Origin: Bugula neritina
Taxonomy: Eukaryota; Animalia; Bryozoa
Reading direction: 5' to 3'
Assembly (NCBI GenBank): GCA_964035545.1
Contig: OZ037765.1
Coordinates: 24,799,504 to 24,863,503, forward strand
Length of the DNA: 64,000 nt
Part shown: positions 50,048-64,000 of the stretch, piece after piece
How positions within the stretch are numbered: the first letter of the stretch is position 1
Layout of the letters: each line of letters opens with the position of its first letter
Notes under the pieces: model-generated
Seen by the model: only the letters and a program-made list of their open reading frames with translations
Told to the model about the DNA's origin: nothing
Databases searched by the model: none
Translations under genes and position numbers: made by a program

Positions 50048-53000
50048 TTATGATAAATGTTGCGGTGGCATTTGGTGATGATAACTAGGTTGGTTACCAG
50101 GTGTATAACTAAATGACATGCTTTCCATGTTAGGATCTGTGACAGAAGGGATATTCTGCAAACTATTCATACTTGCTCCACTCCTACAACATTGACAATA
50201 TATACTGTTCCTCTAACAATTAATATTTGGGTAATGAAGTATTCTCACAGCACAGAAAAATATCTTAATTGTAAAAGCACATTAGACACCCTTATCACTT
50301 GGAATCTACTGAGCCAGTGAAATCCAGTTGCTAAGCAATTTTCAGACAAAACAATAATAAAACATTTACATTTGATATTGCTGTAAGGTTGTAGCCTGGA
50401 GGTAGTTAGGCAGCTGTTCTTGACCACCAGAGGTACCCATCATGGGTTGTGACTGGTGATTGTAGGTGTTGGGATTATAATAAGTCTACAATGAAAAGAT
50501 GAAATACATGATAAATATGTTAATCAGCTTTTTATATGTAATGTTTGCTTGAAAAGTAATATCCTTCATTCACAAAAAATAAATCCTATTTATTATTTAA
50601 AATGCAAGAGTGTAACTCCTATATAGGAATCTTTATATTTTACCACTACCAAGGTATTCTGTAAGTTGTGCAGGTCGAAAACAACACAATGTGGATTTTT
50701 GCCAGATGCTAATTGAGTCGATTAAAAGTACAATGAAACAAAAATCTCAACAATCAAGGTGATTCGGTTGCGCACTATAAAAAATATATTGTTCATAAAT
50801 AGGCGACAGTATTCCATGGAATGCAACTTTTGGTGCATAACACATTTTTCATACATGCTTATACTTTTATTGACTATGCATGCACTCTCAAAATATTGGA
50901 TTTACCCTTATACATTTATTGGCATATGCACTATCATCCTAATATTTGATTTACCCAATTCAGCCCCCCCCCCCCCCCCCATATATTTTCCAAATTAATT
51001 TACCTATTTCCTAAGCTCATATACCACATCAATTCAAAACATAGTAGCAAATCAATTTAAAGTAAAGTCCAATGAAAAATAAATTTCTTGGTGCTCATGA
51101 AAATACAAAGTAATTTTGCAAGTTGCAAGATAAATTATACTGCATTTTTATCATACCGTAAAATGAAAGTTAATTGCCGCAAAGTACTGACACCATATCA
51201 AATATTACTTGACAATATTGGCACATTACCCAAATGTTATTTGTCGCATTCATTAGCAAAATCAAAGAAAACCAATGTGATTCTTGAAATTTTATACAAG
51301 TGTTAGGTGCATGGAAACACATGCCGCATCAAAACTTTTTACAACTAGAGAGAAAAACTATGAGCAAGTTATGCACAGTGTGAACCACAAAAAGTGAAAA
51401 CTTACAGGCTAAATGGTGTGTTACTAGATTGCTAAAAGTGCACAAGAAGAGTGGCTGTACCAACCTGTGGTTGTTGGCTCAATTCAGGATATGGATTGTA
51501 TGATGAGTATAGATTTGGGGCTCCAGCGCCCACACCAATAGGCAGCGTCTGCTGCTGGGATGGGAGACGCCCAGTGGGCATAGTAGAGGTCATTTGTGGG
51601 GCAGCATAGCCACCAGGAGCAACAGGGGCATACTGAGCGGCACTCGCTCCTTCTTGCATCAAACGAGTATATAACTGAAAAGCATCAGCTAACTTCTGGT
51701 TCAAATTCATAAGATCATTATGTGCTGCATCTATCTGTTCTAGTTCCTGGTCTATCAGAGGTCCCATAACCTTGCACTCTTCTGCAAACATCCAAACCAA
51801 TTGGCCATTACTTTTTAATTTATATAATTCAACACATTATAAAAATTGTGGAGTACAAGCATGGATTGGCCAACTCTAAAGTTGCGTTTATACCTATGCT
51901 GAAAAAAGTACCGAGTTTAAGTTAATAATGCTTGCCCGGGTAGGCCTACCCCTTTATAGTCAAACTGAAAATCGTTGAAATCATATTGATGCGGAAGCTC
52001 ACTTTCTAAAAATGAAATTCGACTTGCCTAATTGCTATTTGATGCCCTTTGTAAACGTCGTGAATTAGTGAAGTTGACAGCATAAAAGCGACAATTGAGA
52101 AGGCATAGGCGACATAATTATTAACATGTAAGTACGCCATCTAATCGCCAAAGTCATAACTAAATAACGATGTTTACAAGGAGTTATTACTCCTTTTGAG
52201 TATTATTCTGAAATCGGCCGATTAAGTTATCACAGTACAAAAGTTTTACGAGTGGCTATTACAATGCAATGCAACTCGGAAAAATTTCAACCCGGGCAAA
52301 TTGAATTTCTGACTGAAAATCGTGAAGGTATAAAGGCAACTTTAGTCTAAATAAAACAGATGTTTTATAGAATATCCCCTTTCTTGAAATGAAATGAATG
52401 TTATTGAACCTGTAGTTTAAACCAAAAAAATCCACATTTTACTTTGAATCTATTGACTTGCTTTACAAATCGTAATTATTTAGGAAATTGCTACCTAAAA
52501 TATTTAAATGACTCAGAAGTTAGATCCGTAATAAGACAAACACTGACCTTCAAGGTGAAGCATATCAGGAGAGTCCTCCGTCAGGCCAGTAGGGTCTGAG
52601 TTCTGTATCTGGTCCAAGGCCTGGTCTATGACCTCTTCATCAATCTGCACACTGTCCGGATCAAAGTGCTCCACTTGAGCCTCTTCATTAAATTGCACTG
52701 TCTTCTTACCATTTGCACCAGCATCTACAATATATGTATCAGCACTTACAATATATGTAACAACACCTACAATATAATGTGTATCAACACCTGCAATATA
52801 ATGTGTATCAACACCTGCAACATATGTATCAGCACCCACAACATATGTATCAGTACCCACAACATATGTATCAACACCACAATGTATGCAATTTAAAAAT
52901 ATCATTTCACTTAATGTTTTTCATACTTATAAGATTAGTGCAATGCTATGCAACAATCATTGTTTCATGGAAGCAGTGAGCAACCTCAGATAATACAGAC

Positions 53001-56000
53001 ACGAAAATACAACAAAATATTTTTACAACGAAGAACTTGAATTTACGCCAGCACTTACTTTCAGGTGCGGTCTCTGAAGTCAAATCAGTTGTGACAAAAT
53101 TGACTGGAAAAAGACCTTCACCCCTCCATGTTGAACCTTTCCACCAATTCGGGTCACTAACAAAATATAATGGCTATATGAACTATGACATTCAGGTGTC
53201 ATATAGCATCAAGAGGTCACGAGAATTTACACACCTTGCCAAACTAGTCTACTTACAATCAACGATGACTGTTTATAATTCAACAAAATCGCACTTGGCA
53301 AAACCATAGCCTGAAACACACACCTGTCATCTAAAACTGTAATAAGGTCTCCAGTCTTAAAAGTTAATTCATTCTCCTCTACAGCCTCAAAGTCATACAG
53401 AGCTCGCACCTGAACAGAGAAACCACTACGTTTCAAAACAAATAATTGACACAACAGTTGATCGGGATGAGAAAAAAATTCCTTAAATGACGATAAAACA
53501 TCAGACGTAGAATATATGATTTCCGATCCTAACAATGCTATTTTGAGACCACAGACCTGGCGTCCACTAGGCTGTGAAGAAGAGGAATAATTGTTGCTAC
53601 TAATTGTACTGTTAGCAGGCTGGGAACTAAGATTTGACATTTGAGGATAGATGGAGGATGCTTGTGCTTTGGATTGCGCTGTTTCTTTTAATGATAGAGC
53701 AATCGCTGCTGCTAAATCACCCTCTGCACTGTTGAATCCAGAAGCAGAACTGTAACATAAAACATTTTTCATTGCCAGTGTCTGTTCAGTCAGGTGTAAC
53801 AGGAAATCAAGTGAGTGACATAGAATCAAGGAAGCAAGTCTTTATATTTGAGGCCACAGCAAGGCACTAGTTACATTACAGCCCACTGAATGCACAGCCA
53901 ACAGTGATGAGTTGTAGGCAGGGTGAATGATTGCATAATCAATCAAAGGTAATTTCTGGTTGGATGATTGGTTATGATTTGGCAGATTGCTATAAACTAT
54001 AAAGGCTTCTTCCCTGCAGTTTCATTTAGAAGTATATCCACAAAAAAACCCTGTAAAGTTTGAACACATATAATAAAATGTATTATACTCCCGGCATACA
54101 CTATGTATATATCACAGTGATATGATTTAAAAAATAAACAGGTAGGTCAAAAATTTGTTGCTATGTGAAGGGTGTACGGTTCTTCCCAACCTAAACAATA
54201 TATGGTTGAAAGTTTTGATAAATTTGCCAATGAAATGAACTTAATTCTACAAAAACAGTTTTTACACAATAACTCAACTTAATGTATTGGGTATTTCAAA
54301 TTTTGCAACTTCTCAACTGCAATTAATGCCATAAATTAGTTGTTTTAATGCATTATATACATACTAACAAACATTACCTATAAATCTCTTGCATGTTGTC
54401 ACAAAAATAGCATATATATAATGCAAGGCATCCCATCCCAACTTAAAAATAAAACGGCTCTAAATCCGTTATCACTTTTTGCTATACCATCAATGAAACT
54501 GAATGCTCGAAAATGTAACATCAAATAATCCAGATTCCCTACCTCGAACTGGAAGCAGCCTTTGTACTAGACTTTCCCATACCAAAGTAAGCACCTTCAC
54601 TTCGTAAAGCTTGATAGAATGTTGGTATCACACTAAAATATGGTAGCAGCATGCATAATATAACTTTACTTATTGTAAAAGTACACAGGCTTACATATCA
54701 AATCACTTCCTTTACCAAACATAACAGGTTAAATTTGTAGAACTATTTGGTCCAAACCAACCTTAATTTAGAATCTGTCTTAAACTCATTTTCTGACCAT
54801 TTCTGTAGATGTTCTTTAAACTTGTCTGCAGCATCTGGAGAAGCCTAAAATTTGCAAACTAAGTAAAATTTGCATGAAAATGTTACATATGTCAATACAT
54901 TTCAGATCATTACAAGTCATCTTCAATTTGTTTTCGAACAATCACATATACAATAAAAACACGCATCAACCTTACCTTTTCAAGAAAAGAGCGTGCACCC
55001 TGCACAAATTCTGGTGTTGCAACTTCTTTGTGAAATACAGATCCACAATTTAGGACACATGAGTCTAGTAAAGTAATTGTGTGCATCTGAACATTTTTTG
55101 AGCTATGGCCCAGTCTTTTCATCACAGATTTCAAATAATCTTTAGCACTACAAAAATATGAGTAAAGTCTTAATAAAAATCTTAGACAAACAATTTTTTT
55201 ATATTGAATCAAGTCCCTATTATGGCCAGCCAACCATCTAAAACTACCAACCTCAACGATAAACTACACAACTGCAAACTTTAACAATAAATGCTACCAA
55301 AGCAAGTCATGTTCTGACTCTAGCACAAGAATAATACATAAGATCAGAATTACTTTGAAGAAGACTGTCCAGCTTTATCATTGATTTCAATAATGGAAGC
55401 CCAGTTGGCTTCACCTGATGAGTCTGGAGTAGCTTTTTCTGAAAAAAATATAATATTATGGTAATTATTGAAACAGAATGAATGTACATACACAGGCTTA
55501 GATGCAATTTTGATACATTTGTTAGAACAAATGGTGAAAGTTATATCTAAAGGCAGCACTGAGAAGCAAGCATTTAGGTATTAGACATAATGAGAGTGAC
55601 AGAGGAAGGGCGTAGAAACTTTGTACTAAAACAGAAACATGATGTATGTCATTAAGGACAATAACAAATCTAATGATAAATCCCATTCTTAAAAGAAATC
55701 GTTGCTCAGTTTACTACAGTTGTCAATCAACAGAATTGCATTATTTGATTTAAAAATACACTCGATTTACATACTTAAATAAGCTAGTATTGTAACTTAT
55801 TACTACAAGTGATAAGATATGTATCTGTTATTATCACGTTGCTGATAATGCATTGTTATGAAAAAATGAAGTTGAAAAATAATACAAATGAAATATATCT
55901 AAATTCGCAAGTCATGTGCAAAAATAAAAGGTAACTAAGAAGTGTTTGATAAGATAAAACTAATTGAAATTGAAATTTATTAAAATACACTTATGCAAAT

Positions 56001-56384
56001 AAGCTGCAAAATATTATTCTAACTCGGTTTAAGCCTAAATAGACAGTTGTATAGAAAACACACAGTCAACAAGTTAACATTAGATGAAATATTATGTATC
56101 TCAACTGAAACTTAGTTTAGACTGAAAAATTATTTCAAAGAAACGTAAAATCTACCACTTCTTTTATCACATAAAGAACAGAATGGGAATGGCAAAATCA
56201 GCTACCAACTTGCAGCTATTTGTAATTGACGGCAAAATTTAAATTACAATTTGAAATGATTGAACTTTTACAAAAATATCCTGAATTCAAATAATATTTT
56301 TGACATGTATTAAATACATATTTTTCAAAATTATATATAACTTGGGCAAGAATACTTACCAACTATTTGGTCGCAGTCCGACAT
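50048..56384 (-). CDS. STAM: Signal transducing adaptor molecule (ESCRT-0; VHS-UIM-SH3-GAT)
   Basis: 12 coding exons: VHS ([42 protein letters not shown]), UIM ([12 protein letters not shown]), SH3 ([36 protein letters not shown]), KKTVQF, GAT ([13 protein letters not shown]), Q/P/Y-rich tail. Confidence 0.95.
51876..52345. mobile_element. MITE/non-autonomous DNA transposon in a STAM intron (possibly PIF/Harbinger-like)
   Basis: 20-bp inverted termini CTAAAGTTGCGTTTATACCT / AGGTATAAAGGCAACTTTAG (1 mismatch) plus an internal inverted TTGCCCGGG/CCCGGGCAA; no long ORF; TSD ambiguous (TA or TWA). Confidence 0.75.
52715..52885 (-). repeat. 21/24-bp minisatellite at a STAM splice acceptor
   Basis: About 7 units resembling GATACATATATTGTAGGTGTT directly upstream of the exon starting at 52724. 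Confidence 0.85.
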
Positions 56385-57569
56385 TTTCAAGCTGAATCTA
56401 GGAGAAAATTGAAAGTAAATGTCTGCCCAGTTTAATAATTTTTTCAACTACAAAAAAACACAAATATTAAATTAAAGCTAGACCCAGTTAACAGTATATT
56501 TTTTCAATTATGTAAGGACCCTCACCCTAATCCCAGTTTACCTCAATTTTATTATTAAATTAGTAAAATATTCAAAACCAGTGCCAAATTCAACAAACTG
56601 TTGTACTGAAATTTAGATGTAACTTAAAAGCAATATCCAAAGTTATAACTACATATATCTATTGTCAAAGAGCAAAATTACTACAAATTGCCGAAGGAAA
56701 TATTACAGCCTGCATGTTCACTGTTGCTAGAAGAATAACTGACGATAGTGACGGGCTCTCAACATTGTCCTTTAAAAATATAAATTTAATGTTCAAATTT
56801 AAGTGCACTAGAAAATTTATCAACACTGCTATTTGTTTTGTTGTAGACGCTGAAATCTTAACAGTTGAACCAACAACAAACATGACAATTGAAACAATGA
56901 CATTTCTTAAAAAGTAAAAAATTATATACAATAACTGAAATGAAAATTACACACTATTATTAAGATTTTTAATAATTTTTAAGAAACAAATTTAAATATA
57001 TATTGTTATTCAGTATACACTTGATGTCCATTGTAAAAATAGTGATAGTTTATATTGCTTGCTGATGTTAACTAAAGATCACTTTTACAATGCGAACACT
57101 AATTGGTCTTGAATAATTCATAATATTTTTACTAATGAAAAGTCTAGCAATTAAATTAGCACTATTTTCATACTAATTATAAACAATTTAAGACTTAAAA
57201 ATTACAGCTAAAATAATATTAGGTCTAAAAGTTTAAAGGAACCTGATAACAAATTAACTTATAACACCACTAGTTATAAATATAAACAGCCAACTATTAA
57301 AATTAATGGTAAAATAAAAATATTAACCTCACGATTATTTTTTCACTAGACTAATTTATATCAATATGAACATCAACATAAGTTTGTTTATAAATAGACT
57401 ATATTTCACAAACAGTAATAGTGAGACTAATAACCGTTACTCATACCAATATTCCTATTGTCGGTGTGTATAACTAAAACTATAACTCAAGATATCCATA
57501 TTATTAATCATTTGTAATTTATATTTTACATATAATTAAATTGATTGTTATTCTATTTCTTATGTTATA

Positions 57570-58200
57570 GTGATTCACTAAATTACTATTAGTATTACTA
57601 ATTCTAACAGTACTACTCTAGCCTTGAGGTAGTGCCAATAAACATGGTATTAGTATTACTATTAGATTATTAGTATTAGTATCACCATTAGTATTAGAGT
57701 ATTATAGAGCTTTAATAGTAACACGAACAGTAACTGTAAGTTAAAGTAACTAACACGAACAGTAACTAAGTGACTCACGAAGTAGTACTAGTTTAGAGAT
57801 AGACTAAAACTAGTATAACGTTAAGTGATTAACAATAAGTATAAGTATAACAATATGAATAACATTAGCCTTAGGTTTAACTGTAAGTCATGACTGTATT
57901 ACTATTAGAAGTACTACTAGTACTGTACTAGTACTACTAGTACTAGTATTGAACTTAAATAGTAATACTAATAGCTGTAGCTTTGCTATTGCCATTGGCA
58001 TTGCTTATACTTTCGACACTTGTTAAACTCAAAATCCAAGACCAAGTCCAACTCCAGTCTATGGTAATGGTTATTGGGACTCGAGAAGAGTTTAGAATTA
58101 GAGTTAGAGTAGTATTAGTACTTAGTACTACTACTAGTCTACTCTGTCAGTGTCTCTAGTCGGAGTTGGATTTGGTAAAACAAAATCGAAGCGTCTAAGT
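57570..58200. repeat. A-N-T hexamer tract in the inferred first intron of STAM
   Basis: AGTATTAGTATTACT, AGTACTACTAGTACT and AGTATAAGTATA arrays upstream of the acceptor at ~56398. Confidence 0.85.
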
Positions 58201-59272
58201 ACAAAATATAACTATACTACACAAAACAACTTTTCGAGCAAACACAGGAAACTACAATCACTGCTATATTGCAATATAAATGCTAAATTATGAATCATGA
58301 CTATGTCTATTGCTTTCGTATGTTAAATTAATTTTGTTGTGACTGTGAGTCATCTCCATCGGGTTTCTTATATCTTTTACGGAAGTCGCATCGAACATTG
58401 CGTTCCTACAATTCAGAAAAAACTGGCCACCATTAAATTGTTATATTGCTATAAAAACTAATATTATATTACAGACAAAGCGTTTATTTAATTTTTCAAA
58501 GCTAGCAAATTATATATGTTTATAAGTAAATTTTGGTTGTTACATAACATATGGGCTTTGCGGTAAAATGTCAAAAAAATTACGAGAAAGAACAACTCTA
58601 CAATCAAACCTGCTTTACATAGAAAAAGGACTATTATGTAAAAGCAATAAGCTATCTGTACCTACTGTGGGGATGCATAAGCAAGCTAATATATTTAATT
58701 AGCATTTTTATATCAAAGTCGTTTGTAATGCTTGACCTGAAAAGCTATTCAAAGACATTAAAAAATGATTGAAACATTTTGTATTCTCAATACAAATCAG
58801 AAGTAGCTTTAGCTATTCTTTTCATTATTACTCTTGGAAAGTAAATTATAATATAAAAAAATTGCTCCTTAATTTAGAACTAATTGAATATCATAATGTA
58901 ATATGATTGATCATTATTAAAAGAAAAAACTAAATTTCTTTTGTTATAGCGCACATGGCCTGATCAATATTTGAGGATCTAATACACAGAATAAGTTGGT
59001 CAACAGCATAAACTTGGGCTTGAGAAAAAAATTAGTTTTTCTTATACACAGACATAAGCCAAAAAGGCAAGTGATGGCATCAATAATTTTTCTTATTTAT
59101 CTAAATAAATTTATTAGATTTAAAAATTTTTAGACAATATTCAGTTCGGTAAAAAAAGTACATTATAAAACCATATTACATAATGATTAAAATCAGCACA
59201 ATGTACACATATCTAGTCTCTACAGTGAACATTTTACCACAATATAATTCCATCCTTTTAATATGATATCCC

Positions 59273-61636
59273 TCAATGTGGAAATATTGTCTGTAGTAGC
59301 TGTTTAACCAGTGCCAACTCTTCCTGTAAAGTATACCATTATATATACATATTCAAATAAAATAATAAACAAGCACAAGATTTTAATTAGGTCAAGTAAA
59401 AGCACATTACAACATACCATTGCGTCAGCATTAATTTGAAGAAAAGACTGTCTATCGAGGAGGAATGACTGCATGTGTAGAGTTGGTTGCTGAGCTACTT
59501 TAATGGCTGCTGGGAAATCTGTGACTAGTTCAAGCAATGCATAAAACACATGTTCATGGTGAGGGGCATGTGGCTGCTTCACCATTGCTAATAGCTTCTC
59601 CACACAGCCTAAATCTGTCAGATTTTCTATAAATATCAATGGAGAGCTTAGAAGTTGCTGTCTAAATTTCCAATATGAAAACTAAAACGGTAAACACCAA
59701 ATGAGTTTAGTAGATACTTATTAGCACTTTTGCAGGTATAAATCTGCAAAAATGCACTATTGAAAAGTACTAAAAGTACAAATTGAGAAATAGCTGTTAG
59801 TTAATAATATTGATCATGCAAAATATAGCCGTACACAGCCATCGATATTTTTTAAAAACATTTAGGAAAAACATCTTTAAATGTTTGCTTTACTATCATT
59901 TGTGTAAAATAAAAAACCATTACTAGGTAACACATAATCCAGGATATAATAAGATTACAAAACTATTTCCTTACTTTTGTGCTTATCTCCATCCTTCATC
60001 AATTTAGAAAGGAAAAATGCTGCTTTAGTTTGCAATTTAGGATTGCTACTCGATTGCATGGCCTGAAACACCAACAGATAACCATCCTTTTTCACAAATA
60101 AGTCTTGTCCTTCATTAAAACCTCCGAGAAAACCTACAACACCAAATAAAATTATATTACACAAAAGTCGTCTTGGGAAATTTGTAGATTAAAGCACTCA
60201 CACTGCAAGAGATATAAAAATTGATGAAAACTATGCAAAATATTCACAGGAACTAAGTACAACAGTTGTTTATTCAACTAATCATGAATTCAGAAATCAC
60301 TGGGACGGCTGCAGAAGGAGATGAATGATATCATAATTGTGTACAGGATAAATATAACCTAAGCTTAAATCTGTAAAATCTTAAAAGAAAATCTATGCAA
60401 CACTCAATATCTAGAAAATGTTTTCATAGGCTCAAAAACTTACATGATAAGGCGTACATGGCTTTTACTTTAACCAAAGGAGATTCTGTGCCAGAATTTA
60501 CCATCTGCATCAACCTATCAAGCTGATCAGTTTCTGCCAGCAACTTTTCCTGACAGTAAGGGTTATTTTGACACAACGTAGCAATAAGATCTCCACACCG
60601 CCATTTCAAACCTTTATTTTGACTGTCCTGTAGAAGGGTGAATATTGAAAACCCTCCAATTTTATGAAAATCTATAAAAATAATAAGCAAAGAGCACATT
60701 TGTTATTTGCTTAAAGCTAAAATATTAAAAAAAGAACAAGTTAAAAATATCAAGTTAATTATAATTTATATACACATGAATAAGTTTCTGACCACAGGCC
60801 AAGTCCAGGTCATCACACCATTCTATAAGTTCCTCTAACTCTTCATAAAGTGTTTCAATTTCATCACTTGAATCATCAGATAGATTTCCAGTGTTCTCAG
60901 TTATATATTTATACAGTTTAGCTAAAATAATGTTCACTCGCTGAATGGGTCCCTCACGATTCACTGCAGCTAAGGTATTTTGTAGGAACTGGCGTCTCTA
61001 GATAAAAATATTAATTTAGATTACAAGGTAGTATACTCTAATGATTGACAAAGTAGAAGAACATTAAGTTAGAAGTAATTTGTGAATGAGGGGCAAAGCC
61101 CATGCAATTAAAACACGCACCACAGATATGATTTTAAGTTTACCCAACTACAAACCAAATAGTCAATGAAACCGAAAACCTGCCTTCTGTAACTTTATTA
61201 CATAAACAGTTACACAAAATTGATATGAAAACTTTTTAAATAACTTCACACATTTGCTTAAAATTGATTATCTCAAAACATGAATATTTGATTGTGTTGA
61301 ATAATTAGAAAAAAAATTGGTAATTTTAACTATAATATATTGCTGTAATATCAAGCTATGTTATGAAAAGAAGCAACTCCAAAGTACCTTTATGAATGTA
61401 CTTTATGAATGTTGCCCAATATTAAAACTTCTAAGCTCTATAACATGCTATTAACAATCAAACTTTCAAAAATGGCCAACATAACTAGATTCCATGTTAT
61501 TTAAATACAAATTCCAGTTTCATTAACGTACTTCTTCTGTCATTGGTTGATAGCTGGTTTCTTCAGAACTTTTATCAGTTTTAGTATGAGCAGCAGTTAA
61601 TTTGAGCACATCTTCAAGTTTTTTTGGCTGAGACAT
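59273..61636 (-). CDS. HSPBP1: Hsp70-binding protein 1 (Fes1-type armadillo nucleotide exchange factor)
   Basis: Exons 61636-61532, 60997-60793, 60671-60444, 60133-59975, ~59626-59418, 59323-59273: PKKLEDVLK..PMTEERRQFLQ, WCDDLDLACDFHKIGG, LKWRCGDLIATLCQNNPYCQ, VKVKAMYALSC, KLQTKAAFFL, HEHV. Confidence 0.9.
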
Positions 61637-62199
61637 CCTTGTCAACCTAGAAAAAAATCAATAGCAAAGAAAGATATACACACAATATTTCACCATAAAA
61701 CTCTTAAAACTGAAAATACCGTTTTCTGATAAAAATGATCTATGTTTGAGAACTTGTGAAACTTTAGTTTTCTAGAATCGAAAAGAAACCTTTTTACAGT
61801 TATAATTAAAGATATCAGATAAAATTAGGACTCACAACTGGCAAGTTAGGTAACAGGTTAATTAACAATTTTGGTTCTTGGTAATTGTTTAACCCAATAC
61901 TATTTATTAACTAAATTCGAATTTATAAACTCACACCCATGCACAAAATTTGAGCTTTGTCATGAGATTTTACCATGTGCATGATTTATCTTTAGAGTTA
62001 GCTATGTTAAACTCAATTGTATAAATACAAATCATAACATTATAACTATGAACTAAAACTTATAAATACTTTTGTGACATCAAGAACACAGGAATGTTGA
62101 CGCTATAGACTATAGTTATAAAAGTGCCTTTTTTGGCATTTTTTATATAATAATTATAAATATGATAACCTTTAGTTATAGCCATGAGGCTAACAATAA

Positions 62200-62645
62200 G
62201 TGAATAACATTAATAGCAATAGTTAGAGACAGCCAGTCATACTAATACTTCTACTTAATCTTATTTGTGCTTTGTGCCCTTCAACACTTTAGTGAAGAAA
62301 TTCAATTACTATATCACCATTTACCAGTATTGGCTAAAGTAATGGCAAAGACGGATTATTAGTTATTGATAATATTATTTAAATAGAGCTGAATATCATA
62401 ATCAACATTGTTAGACATATACAATAACACTAATGTTAACAAACATGAATTTTAAAATAAAAATATTTAAACTTATAATCACTTAAACTTGAGGCTACAA
62501 CTACTACTAATAGCAGTAATACTAGTAACAGTACTACTAATATAAGTAAAGAGTGAACTTATACTCAACCTCAATCTGTAGCACTATAAGTACTAGTAGT
62601 AGCAGTAGACGTAGCACTAGTGCTACGAGTTGAGGTTAAGTATAA
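62200..62645. repeat. A-N-T hexamer tract in the inferred first intron of HSPBP1
   Basis: ACTACTAATAGCAGTAATACTAGTAACAGTACTACTAAT etc., directly downstream (minus strand) of a candidate CAAG|GTGAAT donor at ~62653-62658. Confidence 0.75.
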
Positions 62646-62829
62646 ATATTGAATTCACCTTGTGAAAAGTGGAACACTCTGCTAACACCTACAGGCACAA
62701 AATTATGAGTGCCTCTTATGTTTTTTTTTTTGAGTTTATCATATGTTGAAATAAATCTATTCTAGTATGTAGCTAAGTTTGAATATTTTAATTGTAATGT
62801 ACAGGGTTTTAGCACATAGCTAAGCTAAG

Positions 62830-63710
62830 TTTGTGTTATGAGGTGGTATCCTCAAATATCTAATGCTTCGAGTGAGAAAACTGTTGCGAAAGGTCTGTGA
62901 AGATGCAGAAATAGATGTTGGTTCTCCTCTCTTAGCAGATCAAATTTTTATTGACCAGTTTAATTTAATAGTTCATCATAAGCAAATGAAAGCGTTTTAT
63001 GGCACTCTTCATCCAAAAGTATTCTCATCAACTAAGTTAACCTGTGGTCGCTTCATCGGCTCGCAAGTTTTAATCTGTAATTCAGTGCGAGCCTCACTTA
63101 TGCCACATTTTCCTTTGAGGTTAGCAATAAACCTGGTGGCTTGATTTTGAACAGGTTTAATTTCCTCACAGGCATTTTTGATAGTTGGATCCCACAATGT
63201 GCCTGCATACTCAAGGATAGGTCTACATAGACTTAGGTAGGCAATTAATTTTGCCTTCATGGGTGCATTGTAGATCGTATGTTTGGTACAGCCAAGTATT
63301 CTGCTCGCATTGTTGACTTTAGATGTAATTTATTTGTCAAACTTCAGATCAGACTGCATGATTACACCAAGATATTTGGCCTCTCCAACTGTTTTGAGAG
63401 TGGTGTCACCAAGTGTATATAGATGGGAGGTATCATTAGTTTTTTACCAAATTAATAACCTCGCACTTATCAGTATTAAATGACATTTTTTATTCAAGTG
63501 ACCAGCTATAAAGTGAGTCTAGGTCTCTCTGAAAGGCTTGCTGTTGCATTTCATTGTTAACTTTAGCATATAGTTATATAAGTGCGTCGGCGGATATAGA
63601 CTAACTCTGCATCAAACAGATTGAAGGAGATCATTAATGTAGATTAGAAAAAGTGCTGGCCCAAGAACTGACCCTTGACTCCAGATGTTACACCTAGTTC
63701 AGATGATTCC
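62830..63710 (-). mobile_element. Decayed 5'-truncated non-LTR retrotransposon (CR1/L2-like RT C-terminal half)
   Basis: Frameshifted VTSGV.QGSVLGPALFLIYINDL (~63625-63695), AKYLGVIMQSDLKF, AKLIAYLSLCRPILEYAGTLWDP..VQNQATRFI. Confidence 0.88.
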
Positions 63711-63869
63711 GTCCCTTCATTCTTCAAGTTGACATTTTCCCTTTTTAACTTTTTTTCATTTTAAGATGCCTAACTTAAAAACAAAACTAAAAGTGAATCA
63801 CTGCCAATGTGTGAGTGCTACTAAATCAGCATTAGAATATGCAAAACTTCAATTAAATCAAGAGTAAAA

Positions 63870-64000
63870 CAAAACTACTACCAGTACCTAAAGTACTAGA
63901 AGAGTACTAGAACTACTACTACTAGTACTAGCACTACTAGAAAACAAGCTAAAAGTTGGCACAATCACATGACACATGTAATAGTAATTCAGTAATTGCA
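63870..64000. repeat. Start of another A-N-T tract (possible first intron of a + strand gene beyond the window)
   Basis: ACTACTACTACTAGTACTAGCACTACTAG downstream of a GTGAGT donor-like site at ~63811. Confidence 0.55.

Noticed and set aside
56665-56931. Overlapping 88-aa and 67-aa ORFs in the STAM 5' intron
   Set aside because: No recognisable homology or splice context; probably chance ORFs or a TE relic.

Overview
AT-rich, intron-rich animal (invertebrate) genomic DNA; all introns I traced are GT-AG. Gene order: 3' part of CCZ1 (+); two tandem secreted CBM2-linker-GH9 cellulases (-); a repeat/TE-rich spacer (RTE-like LINE relic, microsatellites, a minimal type I hammerhead ribozyme inside (TA)n, a solo LTR); Keap1 (+); an orphan disordered Tyr/Pro-motif protein (-); a Patched-related/NPC1-like sterol-sensing-domain RND gene (-); PSMD14/Rpn11 (+); STAM (-); HSPBP1 (-); a decayed CR1/L2-type LINE. 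Most notable: (1) an intact-looking 47-nt hammerhead ribozyme at 18668-18714 (-) with a decayed second copy at ~39640-39689, both abutting (TA)n; (2) a recurring self-complementary, 6-bp-periodic 'A-N-T' DNA tract in the inferred 5'UTR first intron of five genes (Keap1, Ptr, PSMD14, STAM, HSPBP1; a sixth starts at the window end) but not of the cellulases; (3) patchwork gene conversion between the cellulase paralogues that stops just short of an active-site His->Ser change. Exon boundaries were read by eye; transcription start sites are inferred, not observed.
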